Positions 40,667 through 52,517 are shown, numbered from the stretch's first letter. The stretch: 64,000 nucleotides of DNA from a bacterium (GCA_963674595.2 CAXXFV010000016.1:32001-96000), one strand, 5' to 3'. The notes: generated by a model not told the origin, from the sequence alone. Numbers and translations: made by a program.

Positions 40667-40700
40667 AAAAAAAATCGAGTCATTTGACTCGATTTTTTTT
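40667..40700. terminator. Bidirectional Rho-independent terminator
   Basis: A8-TCGAGTCA-TT-TGACTCGA-T8 between convergent clpC and gltD. Confidence 0.9.
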
Positions 40701-42127
40701 TATATACCATTTAAATATCGCTCAATACCTTCCGCAACTTTTCTCCCCTGATTTATTGCCGTAACAACAAGCGATGCGCCTTTAACACAATCTCCGGCAG
40801 CAAATACACCGGGTATTGATGTCATTTGTTTGTCGTCTGTTATAATATCTCCGCGATCATTGCGTTTTAGCCCTAAATCAGATACCAGAGGGCCATGTTC
40901 CACATGGATAAAACCCATTGCCAGCAGCACCAGGTCTGCTTTGATTTCAAAATCAGAACCTGGTATTTCTTTAAATGTTCTTCTTCCATTTGTGTCGGGT
41001 TTGCTCCAGTCAATTTTTACTGCTTTGACTTTTTCCACATTTTCTTTACCGATGAATTCTTTTGTTAAAATGCTCCATTCGCGATCGCACCCTTCATCAT
41101 GGGAAGATGATGTTCGCAATATAGTCGGCCATTCCGGCCAGGGATTGTTAGATGCACGTTTTAACGGAGGTTTTGAAAGTAATTCTATTTGTTTTATATT
41201 GACGGCATTTTGGCGGATACTGGTTCCTACACAGTCTGAACCTGTGTCACCGCCTCCAATTACCAGTACGTTTTTATTTTTTGCAATGATTTCCTGATCC
41301 TTTTGAAATTTTTCACCGGCATTACGTTTATTTTGTTGCGTTAAAAAGTCCATAGCAAAATGTATTCCCTGTAATTCTCTTCCCGGTATCGGCAAATCTC
41401 TTGGTACGGTAGATCCGGTTGTTATAACGATAATATCAAAGGTCCGCTGCAAGTATTTGGCTGACATATCAACGCCGATATCAACGCTGGTTTCAAACTT
41501 GACACCTTCCTGTTCAAGTTGTTCCAAACGACGGTCAATAACCCATTTTTCAAGTTTAAAGTCCGGAATGCCATAACGAAGTATGCCGCCTAATTTATTG
41601 GAACGTTCAAATAGAATCGTTTCATGGCCATTTCGTGCCGATTGTTGAGCGGCTGCCATACCTGCCGGGCCGGAACCTATAACAGCAACTCTTTTTCCGG
41701 ATTTAAAATTGGCTGGTTCCGGTTTAATCCAACCTTCTTTCCAACCACGTTCAATAATTTGTAACTCGATATGACGAATGGTAACAGCCGGCTGGTTTAT
41801 TCCCAACGTACATGCTGCTTCGCAGGGCGCCGGGCAGATTCTTCCGGTAAATTCCGGAAAATTATCTGTCGAGTGTAACAAATCCAGTGCTTCCCGCCAT
41901 TTATTGCGATAGACCATATCATTCCAGTCGGGAATACGGTTTTGTGTCGGACAACCGTGTGCATGACAAAACGGCACACCACAATCCATACATCGGGCAG
42001 CCTGGTTTGTAATTCGGTCTGAGGAAAGCATCTGCTCAAACTCGTGATAATCTTTTATTCTTTGATTTACAAGTCGTTTTGTTGGTTCTTCTCTTGTAAA
42101 TTCTATAAAGCCTGTATGCTTACCCAT
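40700..42127 (-). CDS. gltD: Glutamate synthase small subunit
   Basis: MGK.TGF start; RCMDCGVPFC, GRICPAPCE, GSGPAG and GGGDTGSDC motifs. Confidence 0.96.
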   Translation of the reverse strand: MGKHTGFIEFTREEPTKRLVNQRIKDYHEFEQMLSSDRITNQAARCMDCGVPFCHAHGCPTQNRIPDWNDMVYRNKWREALDLLHSTDNFPEFTGRICPAPCEAACTLGINQPAVTIRHIELQIIERGWKEGWIKPEPANFKSGKRVAVIGSGPAGMAAAQQSARNGHETILFERSNKLGGILRYGIPDFKLEKWVIDRRLEQLEQEGVKFETSVDIGVDMSAKYLQRTFDIIVITTGSTVPRDLPIPGRELQGIHFAMDFLTQQNKRNAGEKFQKDQEIIAKNKNVLVIGGGDTGSDCVGTSIRQNAVNIKQIELLSKPPLKRASNNPWPEWPTILRTSSSHDEGCDREWSILTKEFIGKENVEKVKAVKIDWSKPDTNGRRTFKEIPGSDFEIKADLVLLAMGFIHVEHGPLVSDLGLKRNDRGDIITDDKQMTSIPGVFAAGDCVKGASLVVTAINQGRKVAEGIERYLNGI

Positions 42128-45100
42128 CAAATACCTCCTCAGTGGCTGATATAGCCTCTCGGTTTTGATACTCTTCCAATCGCATTCTTTCGAGAGACTT
42201 TTTATAATCTATAGGCATTACTTTAACGAAAAGCGGTAAATGCGCTTCCCAGTTTTCCAGCAAAAATTTTGCGCGCGGGCTGTTTGTAAATCTGAAATGA
42301 TTTTCTATCATTGTGCGAAGCTGGATTTTGTCTTCTTGATTTATTACCGGCTCAAGGTCTACCATGTCCAGATTGCAGTTAGAGTCAAACATTTCAGAAT
42401 GATCATAAACATAAGCAATGCCTCCGCTCATACCTGCGGCAAAGTTATGACCGGTCGGGCCAATGACAACAACAACACCGCCTGTCATATATTCACAACA
42501 ATGGTCGCCAACTCCTTCTACAACAGCTTTTGCACCACTATTTCTTACGGCAAATCGTTCACCAGCAATACCATTAATGTATACTTCTCCGCCGGTTGCG
42601 CCATATAGAACGACATTTCCTACAATAACATTTTCATTCGGAACAAAGCGAGCTGTTATTGGGGGGACCAGAATAATTTTACCACCGGACATTCCTTTAC
42701 CAAGGTAATCGTTTCCGGCTCCTTCTACCCGCATGGTAATTCCGGGTGCTAAAAATGCACCAAAACTTTGTCCTGTATATCCTTTAAAAGTGATTTGAAT
42801 GCTGTCATCCGGCAGTCCTGCACTTCCTACATTCTGTATGATATAGCCGCTTAGTTGAGCTCCGACAGTACGATGGATATTTCGAATGGGCATGTCAATT
42901 CGTAAAGATTGCATAGTTTTTAGGACAGGCTTTACCTTTTGAATAAGTTCCTTGTCCAAAATTTCGTGTTGATCCGGTTCCTGTTGTTTGCTGCAATAAT
43001 TTGATTTGTTGTTTTTTGGCAAAGTTAATGGATATAAAATAGAACTGAGATCAAGTTTTCTTGCTTTCCAGTGTTCAATGGCTGTTTGAATATCCAGCAT
43101 ATCACTTCTTCCAACCATTTCATTTATCGTTTTAAATCCGAGTTCGGCCATATATTCTCTTAATTCCTGTGCAATAAAGCGCAAAAATCTTTCCGGATAC
43201 TCGGGTTTACCATTGTATCGTGATCTTAAAAGTGGGTCTTGTGTTGCAACGCCCACAGGACATGTATTCAAATGGCATTTACGCATCATAATACAGCCAA
43301 GCGTAATGAGTAGCGACGTGCCAAAACCAAATTCTTCTGCACCGAGTAGAATGGCAATGGCCAAATCACGACCTGTTTTCAGTTGACCGTCTGTTTGGAC
43401 GCGTATTCGGTCCCGAAGTTTATTGAAAATTAAAGACTGATGCGTTTCAGCCAATCCCAGTTCCCAGGGCAAACCCGTATGTTTGATCGCTGTTAGTGGG
43501 GATGCGCCTGTTCCGCCATCATGGCCGGAGATAAGAACCGTATCGGCTTTTGCTTTTGCCACACCGGCAGCGATTGTTCCGACGCCGACTTCTGAAACGA
43601 GTTTTACGGAAACTCTGGACTTTGGATTGACGGTTTTTAAATCATAAATTAATTGAGCCAAATCTTCAATAGAATAAATGTCATGATGAGGTGGCGGTGA
43701 AATAAGTGTAACACCCGGTGTTGTATGACGAACTTTGGCGATTTCCGGACTTACTTTATGCCCCGGAAGCTGACCGCCTTCACCTGGTTTTGCACCCTGT
43801 GCCATTTTAATTTGAAATTCATCGGCATTCATTAAATATTCGATGGTAACGCCAAAACGACCGGATGCAATTTGTTTGATGCTGGACCGTTTACTGTCAC
43901 CATTTGGCAGCTTTTTATATCTTTCCGGGTCTTCACCGCCTTCCCCGGAATTTGAACGGGCCCCAATTCGGTTCATTGCTATGGCAATATCTTCATGCGC
44001 TTCTCTTGATATGGAACCAAAAGACATGGCTGCTCCGACAAATCGTTTCACAATATTGTCAACAGATTCAACTTTATCAATTGATATCGGTTTTGCGTTT
44101 TTAAACTTGAATAAACTTCTTAATGTGGCGCATTCTTTAGATTTTTCGTCTAATATTGCTGTGTATTCTTTAAAAACATTATAGTCATCTGATCTTGTTG
44201 CATGTTGAAGTTTATAAATAGCTTCACTCGTCCAAAGATGTTTTTCACCATTATGACGAATATGATAATTTCCACCTGCTTCCAAAAGTTTATTTACAGT
44301 ACCGTGTTCCGGAAAAGCTTTATAATGGCGGATCAGAACTTCCTGTGCGATTTCTTTTAGTCCAATACCTTTAATACGTGATGAGGTTCCGCAAAAATAG
44401 GTGTCTATAACTTCCTGACCTAATCCGATTGCCTCAAATATCTGTGAACCAAAAAAGCTATGGAGTGTTGAAATACCCATTCGGCTTAGGGTTTTTAACA
44501 AACCTTTATTGATCGCAATTATATAATTGTCCATGGCTTTTTCTGGTGAAATATTTTCTTCCAAAAGACCCGACTCGGAAAGCTCCCGAATTGTTGAAAA
44601 AGCAACATAGGGACAGATTGCATCAACACCATAGCCGATAAGCAACGCAAAATGCATAACTTCACGCACCTCTCCCGATTCAACTATAATACCGGCAGAG
44701 TTGCGCAGGCCTTTATTGATAAGATGGTGATGTAATCCTGATGCCACTAACATGGAAGGAATCGGGGCGTTATCTTTGTCCATATTTTTGTCTGTTAATA
44801 CCAGTAATGAGGCACCCTCAGCAATATGTTGTTCTGCTTTTTTAAAAATACGGTCCAGAGATTTTTTAAGAGAATTAATTTCATCTTTTGCTTTAAAAAG
44901 AATATCAATTTCTTTGACTTTAATTTCCGGATGATCAGCATCACGCAGTCTAACCATGTCACGTGGGGTTAGAATGGGATGAAATAATTTTAATCCCCGA
45001 TAATTATCGGCCTCGGTTTTTAAGAAATTTTGTTCACTTCCGATAAAACTTTCCAAAGACATGACCAATTCTTCCCGCAACGGATCAATAGGCGGATTGG

Positions 45101-46706
45101 TAACCTGAGCAAAAAGCTGTTTAAAATAACTGAATAAAAGTTGCGGTCGGTTGGATAAAACAGCTAATGCCGCGTCATTTCCCATTGAGCCGATTGCTTC
45201 CTGTCCTCTGGAAGCCATGGGTTTGAGGATCATTTTTAAATCTTCATCCGTGTACCCAAAAGCATGTTGCCTTTGACGTAATATTTCCGGGTCCTCTTTA
45301 GGATTTTTTGAAGGAGCAAACAGGCCGCGCAGCTCTATTTGTCGGTCTTTAATCCATCTTCTGTAGGGTTTTTCTCTGGATATTTTTGCTTTTATTTCAT
45401 TATCCGGAACCACACGATTTTGGTGCATGTCTACCAGGAACATTTTTCCCGGTTGTAATCGTCCATGTCTTAAAATACGGTCCGCAGGAATTTCAATAAC
45501 ACCTGTTTCTGAAGCCATAATAATTAAGCCATCCTTGGATATGGTATATCTGGCTGGTCTTAGTCCATTACGGTCCAAAGTTGCTCCAATATAACGCCCG
45601 TCTGTAAAAACAAGGGCTGCGGGGCCGTCCCATGGTTCCATGATGGATGAATGGTATTCGTAAAAAGCTCTTTTGTCTTCACTCATTTTAATTTTCGGAC
45701 CAAAAGCTTCAGGGACCATCATCATCATGACATGCGGCAAGCTCCGTCCTGATAATGTCATCATTTCCAAAGCGTTATCAAAAATTGCAGAATCGCTTGC
45801 GCCTTCTATAAGAATAGGTTTTATTTTATCAATATCATTTCCAAAAACATCTGATTCTAAAATTGCCTCACGGGCTTTCATACGATTTATATTGCCACGC
45901 AAGGTGTTTATTTCACCATTGTGTGCAAGAAATCGAAATGGCTGTGCCAGGTGCCATGTTGGAAGTGTGTTGGTGCTATAACGTTGATGTACGATTGAAT
46001 AAGCACTTTTAAAAGATTCTTCCAGCAAATCCGGGAAAAATTTAGTTATTTGGCTTCCTACCAAAAGCCCTTTATAAACGATGGTTCTACTGGAAAAACT
46101 TGATATATAAAATTGACTATAATCATTTTCTTTCAGGTTTGAAATTTCTTTTTCCGCAAGCCTGCGAATAACATACAGTTTTTTCTCCAGATCTTCTGCT
46201 TCATTGATGCCTTTTGCAACGAATAGTTGTTTTATCACAGGTTGGGTACTTGTTGCCAGTTCACCAAGATGGCCGTTATCTACCGGAACATCCCGCCAAC
46301 CAAGGACCTCACATCCTTCTGCCGAGATATGTTTTTCAAAAATTTGAGCGCATCGATCAGCAATTTGAGTATCTGTTGGTAAAAAAACCATTGCCACGGC
46401 ATAGTTACCCGATTGTGGCAGCTTTATACCAATTTGAGATGTTTGTTTCCTAAAAAACGAATCGGGCAACTGAAATAATAAACCGGCTCCATCTCCTGTT
46501 GCTTTATCTCCACCGATGGCTCCCCGGTGTTCTAAATTCACCAAAATTTGAATTGCATTTTTAACAATGGAGTGATTTGGAATTCCATCTAATCGGGCAA
46601 TAAAACCAACGCCACAACTGTCGTGTTCATGAGCAGGATCATATAAACCCTTTGATTCGGGTATTCCAGCAGCATTAAGTTTTAAGAGGTGATCCTTGTC
46701 TCTCAT
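42120..46706 (-). CDS. gltB: Glutamate synthase large subunit
   Basis: HDSCGVGF, HNGEINT, QGAKPGEGGQLPG and CH.NTCP motifs; GXGXG domain. Confidence 0.98.
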   Translation of the reverse strand: MRDKDHLLKLNAAGIPESKGLYDPAHEHDSCGVGFIARLDGIPNHSIVKNAIQILVNLEHRGAIGGDKATGDGAGLLFQLPDSFFRKQTSQIGIKLPQSGNYAVAMVFLPTDTQIADRCAQIFEKHISAEGCEVLGWRDVPVDNGHLGELATSTQPVIKQLFVAKGINEAEDLEKKLYVIRRLAEKEISNLKENDYSQFYISSFSSRTIVYKGLLVGSQITKFFPDLLEESFKSAYSIVHQRYSTNTLPTWHLAQPFRFLAHNGEINTLRGNINRMKAREAILESDVFGNDIDKIKPILIEGASDSAIFDNALEMMTLSGRSLPHVMMMMVPEAFGPKIKMSEDKRAFYEYHSSIMEPWDGPAALVFTDGRYIGATLDRNGLRPARYTISKDGLIIMASETGVIEIPADRILRHGRLQPGKMFLVDMHQNRVVPDNEIKAKISREKPYRRWIKDRQIELRGLFAPSKNPKEDPEILRQRQHAFGYTDEDLKMILKPMASRGQEAIGSMGNDAALAVLSNRPQLLFSYFKQLFAQVTNPPIDPLREELVMSLESFIGSEQNFLKTEADNYRGLKLFHPILTPRDMVRLRDADHPEIKVKEIDILFKAKDEINSLKKSLDRIFKKAEQHIAEGASLLVLTDKNMDKDNAPIPSMLVASGLHHHLINKGLRNSAGIIVESGEVREVMHFALLIGYGVDAICPYVAFSTIRELSESGLLEENISPEKAMDNYIIAINKGLLKTLSRMGISTLHSFFGSQIFEAIGLGQEVIDTYFCGTSSRIKGIGLKEIAQEVLIRHYKAFPEHGTVNKLLEAGGNYHIRHNGEKHLWTSEAIYKLQHATRSDDYNVFKEYTAILDEKSKECATLRSLFKFKNAKPISIDKVESVDNIVKRFVGAAMSFGSISREAHEDIAIAMNRIGARSNSGEGGEDPERYKKLPNGDSKRSSIKQIASGRFGVTIEYLMNADEFQIKMAQGAKPGEGGQLPGHKVSPEIAKVRHTTPGVTLISPPPHHDIYSIEDLAQLIYDLKTVNPKSRVSVKLVSEVGVGTIAAGVAKAKADTVLISGHDGGTGASPLTAIKHTGLPWELGLAETHQSLIFNKLRDRIRVQTDGQLKTGRDLAIAILLGAEEFGFGTSLLITLGCIMMRKCHLNTCPVGVATQDPLLRSRYNGKPEYPERFLRFIAQELREYMAELGFKTINEMVGRSDMLDIQTAIEHWKARKLDLSSILYPLTLPKNNKSNYCSKQQEPDQHEILDKELIQKVKPVLKTMQSLRIDMPIRNIHRTVGAQLSGYIIQNVGSAGLPDDSIQITFKGYTGQSFGAFLAPGITMRVEGAGNDYLGKGMSGGKIILVPPITARFVPNENVIVGNVVLYGATGGEVYINGIAGERFAVRNSGAKAVVEGVGDHCCEYMTGGVVVVIGPTGHNFAAGMSGGIAYVYDHSEMFDSNCNLDMVDLEPVINQEDKIQLRTMIENHFRFTNSPRAKFLLENWEAHLPLFVKVMPIDYKKSLERMRLEEYQNREAISATEEVFDG

Positions 46707-46735
46707 TTTTATCTTCCTTGATATAATGATTAGTT

Positions 46736-46769
46736 ATAAACAAACCTTTCCGTTGATTTAACGGAAAGG
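46736..46769 (-). terminator. Terminator-like hairpin in the gltB leader
   Basis: CCTTTCCGTT-AAATC-AACGGAAAGG followed by TTTGTTT, about 30 nt upstream of the gltB ATG. Confidence 0.6.
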
Positions 46770-47040
46770 GAGCATTACTGAACTATATTTTGGGTTTTGA
46801 AAGAATTTATTATCGCATCAGGATGATGCGATAATACTCAGGATTGTCATTCCCTGTAGAATCGCATCATACTGTACGCTTTAGCTTCCGTTTTCGGAAT
46901 ATTTTTGGCATTAAGCATGATTTTATCTTAAACATCAAAGGTATCGGGGGGTTTTGAATGAATAACTATATCTAAAATAATTATTAATTTAAGCTTTTTT
47001 TGAGTTTAAATCAAGCTTTTTATTGGTTGTAATAATTTGG

Positions 47041-47814
47041 TTATTTTAATTTTTTCAGGACTTTTTCTAATTCCTCTTTTGCCTGTTTTTTGTGATCGGC
47101 ATCTTCGGAATCTTGCAATGGAAGATCTGCAATCATTTCAAACTCTTCCTTGGCTAACTCCCATTTTTTCAACTCTTCATAAGTTAAACCCAATTCAAGA
47201 TGATGGTTGATGTAATTCGGTTTTAGCTCAATGGCTATTTTAAAGTGTTTAACGGCCAAATCGTTGCTGGCGTCAGGGAGTCCACCGTATAAAATTTTGG
47301 CAAATGTTTTTAACAATCCGCTGAGGTTGGCTACTTCTCTGTTCCATCTGGCAAGAACATGATGGGCAATGTCATTTTGCGGATCAAGTCTTAAAGCTTC
47401 TTCAGCTTCGCTTTTTACTTCTTTGGAAAGTTCTACTTTTTTCTTGCCGCCAACCATTAATGCCACACGACCAACGGCTATTGCCAGATGAAGGTGTGCA
47501 TTGGAATTGTCAGGGCACATTTTCACGGCTTCACGAGCTGTTTTTTCAGCCATGTAATAGTTTTGTGCCTGCATTTTTTCATCGGCAACTTCACCAATAT
47601 CTATAAAAGCCCTGCTTATTTTCCAAATAGATTCACAGTTTGTTGGATCGGCTTTTTTAGCCATTTGATAATATTTTAATGCCATCTCATTATCAAATTT
47701 ATCATAGGCTGAATCACCTTGTGCCAAATAAGTATTTACATCTGCAAATGAAATTTGATTAAAACAAAGAATAATTGCAAAGAGACCTGTAATAAAAGAT
47801 AATGGACGGTACAT
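47041..47814 (-). CDS. Exported tetratricopeptide repeat protein
   Basis: Signal peptide and several TPR-like helices ([20 protein letters not shown]). Confidence 0.8.
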   Translation of the reverse strand: MYRPLSFITGLFAIILCFNQISFADVNTYLAQGDSAYDKFDNEMALKYYQMAKKADPTNCESIWKISRAFIDIGEVADEKMQAQNYYMAEKTAREAVKMCPDNSNAHLHLAIAVGRVALMVGGKKKVELSKEVKSEAEEALRLDPQNDIAHHVLARWNREVANLSGLLKTFAKILYGGLPDASNDLAVKHFKIAIELKPNYINHHLELGLTYEELKKWELAKEEFEMIADLPLQDSEDADHKKQAKEELEKVLKKLK

Positions 47815-47980
47815 TTTTAACCTCCGAATAAAAATTTCTAGTTTACCAATTCTAATGTTTTTTTATAAAAATGTCAAATCATTTCTGCATTTTTTCAAAA
47901 TGCTCATACATTTTCCTTTGCTCTCTATTTTTGATTTTTTATATTGGGTGCGTTGGAAATTATTACAGGAAATATTAGTT

Positions 47981-50806
47981 ATGCCATTAAAAGATAAAAT
48001 TATTGTACGCGGTGCTCGTGAACATAATTTAAAAAATATTGATATTGAAATACCCAGAGATCAGCTTGTCGTTATTACCGGCCTGTCCGGGTCCGGTAAA
48101 TCATCTTTAGCATTTGATACGATCTATGCCGAAGGTCAGAGGCGATATGTTGAATCTCTTTCTGCTTATGCCCGGCAGTTTCTCGGGTTAATGGAAAAAC
48201 CGGATGTGGATTATATAGAAGGATTGTCTCCGGCAATTTCCATCGAACAGCGAACCACGACAAAAAATCCACGGTCTACGGTTGGTACTGTAACAGAAAT
48301 TTATGATTATTTACGATTGTTGTTCAGCCGGATTGGAAAACCCTATTGTTATCAATGTGGAAAACCCATAGAACGTCAAACTGTTCAGCAAATAGTTGAT
48401 AGTGTTATGAATTTGCCGGAGGAAAGTAAAATTCAGGTGCTGGCACCTCTTGTTCGCGGGAGAAAGGGCGAATATAGAGAAGTTTTTGAAGAGGCACGGC
48501 GCGACGGATATGTCCGTGTACGTGTTGATGGTAAAATGTTTGAGTTGGATTCCGAGATTAAACTGGATAAAAATAAAAAACACAACATTGAGATTGTTGT
48601 TGACAGGTTAATCGTTAACCCGAAAATTAAAACGAGATTAACGGATTCAATTGAAACAGCCCTCAACTTTTCTTCCGGTATTGTCCTTATTGATGTTATT
48701 GGTGATAAAGAATTACTTTTTAGTGAACATTTTTCATGTATTGATTGCGGCATTTCCTATGAAGAACTGGCGCCGCGAATGTTTTCTTTTAACACGCCCT
48801 ATGGAGCCTGTCCTTCCTGTAATGGTTTGGGCACAAGGATGATAGTTGATACGGACCTTATTGTGCCTGATAAAACCCTGTCACTTGAACAGGGTGCAAT
48901 TAAGGTTTGGGGACAGTTAAAAGACGGCTGGTATATTTCTATGGCCAAAGGTGTGGTTGAACATTTTGGTTTTGACATTTCCACACCTTATCATGAATTG
49001 TCTCAGGAATGCCGGCATGCTTTAATGTTCGGTATGGATGAGGAACTGAATTTTCAGTACAGTTCCCGTACCGGAAGCCACCAGGGGACCTTTCGAAACA
49101 AATACGAGGGTGTTGTAAAAAACCTGGAGCGACGGTTTCACCAGACGGATTCGTCAGGAATTCGGGACTGGATCGAAAGTTTTATGCATGTAGTGGATTG
49201 TCCGGATTGCGGCGGTTCGCGTTTGCGTCCCGAAGCTCGTTCTGTTCGAGTCGGAAAATATGCCATTCAGAACGTAACAGCCATGTCTGTAAAAAAAGCC
49301 GGTGAATATTTTGAAACATTAAAGTTGACGGACCGTGAAAAACAGATTGCCCACCAAATTCTTAAAGAGATTCGGGAACGATTGGGTTTTCTTATAAATG
49401 TGGGACTGGATTATTTGACCCTGGACCGTACAGCCGGAACGCTTTCCGGTGGTGAAGCTCAGCGAATTCGATTGGCTACTCAAATTGGTTCCCAATTGGT
49501 TGGCGTTTTGTACATTTTGGATGAACCTTCTATCGGTTTGCACCAGAGAGATAATCAAAGACTGATTGATACATTGATCAAGTTGCGTGATTTGGGAAAT
49601 ACTGTTGTAGTGGTTGAGCATGATAAAGAAACCATAGAAAAAGCCGATTATCTGCTTGATTTGGGGCCCGGCGCCGGTGAGCACGGCGGCTATATTGTTG
49701 CCAGTGGGACACCCCAGGATGTTGCAAAGGTATCAGATTCGATTACCGGGAAATATCTGTCCGGTGAAAAACAAATTCCATTACCGGAAAAAAGAAAACA
49801 AGGGAACGGTAACTATTTAGAACTTTTGGGAGCACATGGAAATAATTTAAAAAATGTGCAAATTAAAATTCCGCTTGGTACTTTTGTGTGTATTACCGGC
49901 GTGTCCGGTAGTGGAAAAAGCACGCTTGTAAATGAAACGTTATATCGAATCCTTTGTAAACATTTTTATAAAAGTAAAGATAATCCCCTGGAATATGAAA
50001 AAATTATCGGATTAGAGCATGTTGACAAAGTCATTGATATTGACCAGTCACCAATCGGCAGAACGCCCCGTTCAAATCCGGCCACATATACAGGCGTTTT
50101 TACGCACATTCGTGACCTTTTTACTCAATTACCGGAATCCAAAATTCGTGGTTACCAGCCGGGCCGCTTTAGTTTTAATGTTAAAGGGGGACGGTGTGAG
50201 GCGTGTCAGGGTGATGGAATTTTAAAAATTGAAATGCACTTTTTACCGGATGTTTATGTTACTTGTGAAGTGTGCAAGGGGCATCGGTATAACCGGGAGA
50301 CGTTGGAAATAAAATATAAAGGGAAATCTATTGCCGATATTCTTGAAATGACTGTAACGCAGGCATTGGACTTTTTCCAAAAACTACCGGCGATTAAAAG
50401 AAAACTTGAGACATTGCAGGATGTGGGCCTCGGTTACATTAAACTTGGGCAGCAGGCTACAACACTCTCCGGCGGTGAAGCACAGCGCGTCAAGCTGGCA
50501 ACCGAGCTTTCTAAACGAAGTACCGGTAAAACTATATATATTCTTGATGAGCCGACCACAGGATTACATTTTGAAGATACGAATATGTTGTTGCGGGTTT
50601 TGCAGAGACTTGTAGATAAAGGAAATACCGTGGTTGTTATTGAACACCACATGGATGTTATTAAATGTGCCGACTATATTATTGATTTAGGTCCTGAGGG
50701 TGGAGATGCCGGCGGTCAGATTATTGCCACCGGAACTCCTGAACAGGTCTCTCAGGTCCAGATTTCATATACCGGTCAGTTTTTAAAACAGGAATTGAAA
50801 ATTTAA
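47981..50806 (+). CDS. uvrA: Excinuclease ABC subunit A
   Basis: Start [19 protein letters not shown]; two ABC cassettes and zinc fingers. Confidence 0.97.
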   Translation: MPLKDKIIVRGAREHNLKNIDIEIPRDQLVVITGLSGSGKSSLAFDTIYAEGQRRYVESLSAYARQFLGLMEKPDVDYIEGLSPAISIEQRTTTKNPRSTVGTVTEIYDYLRLLFSRIGKPYCYQCGKPIERQTVQQIVDSVMNLPEESKIQVLAPLVRGRKGEYREVFEEARRDGYVRVRVDGKMFELDSEIKLDKNKKHNIEIVVDRLIVNPKIKTRLTDSIETALNFSSGIVLIDVIGDKELLFSEHFSCIDCGISYEELAPRMFSFNTPYGACPSCNGLGTRMIVDTDLIVPDKTLSLEQGAIKVWGQLKDGWYISMAKGVVEHFGFDISTPYHELSQECRHALMFGMDEELNFQYSSRTGSHQGTFRNKYEGVVKNLERRFHQTDSSGIRDWIESFMHVVDCPDCGGSRLRPEARSVRVGKYAIQNVTAMSVKKAGEYFETLKLTDREKQIAHQILKEIRERLGFLINVGLDYLTLDRTAGTLSGGEAQRIRLATQIGSQLVGVLYILDEPSIGLHQRDNQRLIDTLIKLRDLGNTVVVVEHDKETIEKADYLLDLGPGAGEHGGYIVASGTPQDVAKVSDSITGKYLSGEKQIPLPEKRKQGNGNYLELLGAHGNNLKNVQIKIPLGTFVCITGVSGSGKSTLVNETLYRILCKHFYKSKDNPLEYEKIIGLEHVDKVIDIDQSPIGRTPRSNPATYTGVFTHIRDLFTQLPESKIRGYQPGRFSFNVKGGRCEACQGDGILKIEMHFLPDVYVTCEVCKGHRYNRETLEIKYKGKSIADILEMTVTQALDFFQKLPAIKRKLETLQDVGLGYIKLGQQATTLSGGEAQRVKLATELSKRSTGKTIYILDEPTTGLHFEDTNMLLRVLQRLVDKGNTVVVIEHHMDVIKCADYIIDLGPEGGDAGGQIIATGTPEQVSQVQISYTGQFLKQELKI

Positions 50807-50822
50807 AACAATCCTGTAGATT

Positions 50823-52241
50823 TTAATCGTCAATAACAACCGGTTCTTTTAAAGTTTTATTAACCACTTTGCATGAAGCTGATGCTTTGAGGCTGTATTT
50901 TTTTATTTTTAAATGCAGATTTTGTCTCGGCATTTTTGCCAGATTTGCGGCCTGAGAAATATTACCGGAAGCCTGGTTTAACAGTTGAACAATATATTCC
51001 CGTTCAAAAATAGATTTTGCTTCACTGTATGGAATAAGGGGCATATTTCCCATAAAATCAAAATCGGTTTTTGTTGTTTTATAATCTGCGGGTAATTCTT
51101 CAGGTCCTATCCAGTCTGAATCAGACAGAGCAGTCAATCGTTCAATTACGTTTTCCAATTCTCTGATGTTACCGGGCCAGTCCAACTGGCATAATAAATC
51201 TATTGTTTCCGGTTTTAAATAAACTCCCAACCGGTTGTGTTTTCTGGTAAATTTTTGTAAAAAGTACCGAACCAGCAGCGGGATGTCATCACGACGTTCT
51301 TTAAGTGGCGCTAGTTTTAGGGTGATCACGTTCAACCGATAATATAAATCCTGTCGAAATGTTCCCTCTTGCACCATTTTCTCCAAGTCACGGTTTGTTG
51401 CCGCAATAATTCGTGCGTTGGTTTTTAGGGATGTTGTGCCTCCGATACGTCGAAATTCTTTGTTTTGTAAAATCCGCAATAATTTAACTTGCATGGATGG
51501 TGTTGTGTCGCCTATTTCATCCAAAAATATCGTTCCATTGTTAGCAATTTCAAAATAACCCTTGTGGGTTTTGTACGCGCCGGTAAAGGAGCCTTTTTCA
51601 TGCCCAAACAATGCACTTTCTAAAAGGGTATCGGGTATACCTCCACAGTGAACAGCAACAAAGTTTTGATCTTTTTGCGGACTGGAGGTATGAATCATTT
51701 TGGACACCACTTCTTTACCCGTACCGGTTTCACCCAAAATCAGGATGGTTGAGTCGAGAGGGGCTACTTTTTTAATCATTTTTTTTAAATCTAAACTTGA
51801 TTGGCTTTCACCAATAAAGTCACATTTCATTGTGTCTACTGACGAGTCAATATTTGTTTCTTTTTTTATAAAATTGTCTGGTGCGATATATTTGTTTATC
51901 GCTTCAAGGAAAAATCCCTGATCATCCAGCGGTTTTTCGACAAAATCGTCAACACCGCTTTTCAGGAGCTTTACCAGGTTTTCAGTATCGGTTTGACCTG
52001 CAATAATTATCGGCAAACCTGGTTTTTTAGATTTAATTTTTGTAATATAATCAATCGATTTTTCCCCGGTGATTTCATAATCTAAAATTATTCCGTCAAA
52101 TTTGATATTTGTATCCAGATATTTTATTGCGGCGGGCCCACTTTCCGCCTCAATAAGATGTATATCATCATGTCCGAAAATTTTGCGGCAATTCCGCTTA
52201 ATTTCGGATTGTGCTTCAACAATTAATAGGGTTGTCTTCAT
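50823..52241 (-). CDS. sigma54-dependent response regulator (receiver-AAA+-HTH)
   Basis: Receiver domain (IILD, FVEKP), GETGTGKE, GSFTGA, WPGNIRELEN and Fis HTH; probable start ATG 52241. Confidence 0.9.
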   Translation of the reverse strand: MKTTLLIVEAQSEIKRNCRKIFGHDDIHLIEAESGPAAIKYLDTNIKFDGIILDYEITGEKSIDYITKIKSKKPGLPIIIAGQTDTENLVKLLKSGVDDFVEKPLDDQGFFLEAINKYIAPDNFIKKETNIDSSVDTMKCDFIGESQSSLDLKKMIKKVAPLDSTILILGETGTGKEVVSKMIHTSSPQKDQNFVAVHCGGIPDTLLESALFGHEKGSFTGAYKTHKGYFEIANNGTIFLDEIGDTTPSMQVKLLRILQNKEFRRIGGTTSLKTNARIIAATNRDLEKMVQEGTFRQDLYYRLNVITLKLAPLKERRDDIPLLVRYFLQKFTRKHNRLGVYLKPETIDLLCQLDWPGNIRELENVIERLTALSDSDWIGPEELPADYKTTKTDFDFMGNMPLIPYSEAKSIFEREYIVQLLNQASGNISQAANLAKMPRQNLHLKIKKYSLKASASCKVVNKTLKEPVVIDD

Positions 52242-52309
52242 ATTCACCTTGCCCCGTTTTTGTTTTAACATTGCCATTCGTTATTTATACCATTCCGCAA
52301 CTTTGTGAG

Positions 52310-52325
52310 TGCAAACAGTGTGCCT
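52310..52325 (-). promoter_or_regulatory. sigma54 (-24/-12) promoter
   Basis: AGGCACACTGTTTGCA = GG-N10-GC, near consensus. Confidence 0.7.
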
Positions 52326-52488
52326 AATAATGAACTGTCATTCTTTATTGATTTATGTTGTAAATAAACAGTGGTTTATTGCTGTGTTTGTGTTTGAACA
52401 ATATGGGTGAATTGTTTATTACATGTCCCATGTGTGGAATTATCAAGGATTTTTTTAAAAATTGTCCCTTTTAAAATTCAAAAAGAAC

Positions 52489-52517
52489 TTGACTTTTTAA
52501 ATAATTTAGATTATTAT
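52489..52517 (+). promoter_or_regulatory. sigma70 promoter for the sulfate ABC operon
   Basis: TTGACT-17 nt-TATTAT. Confidence 0.5.

Noticed and set aside
46870-46900. glnA (glutamine) riboswitch
   Set aside because: ACGGAAG resembles part of the motif, but the flanking P1 and E-loop elements could not be identified by eye.
47855-47980. N-terminal extension of UvrA in the ORF track
   Set aside because: Homology starts at MPLKDK (ATG 47981, with AGGA upstream); the extension is AT-rich intergenic sequence.
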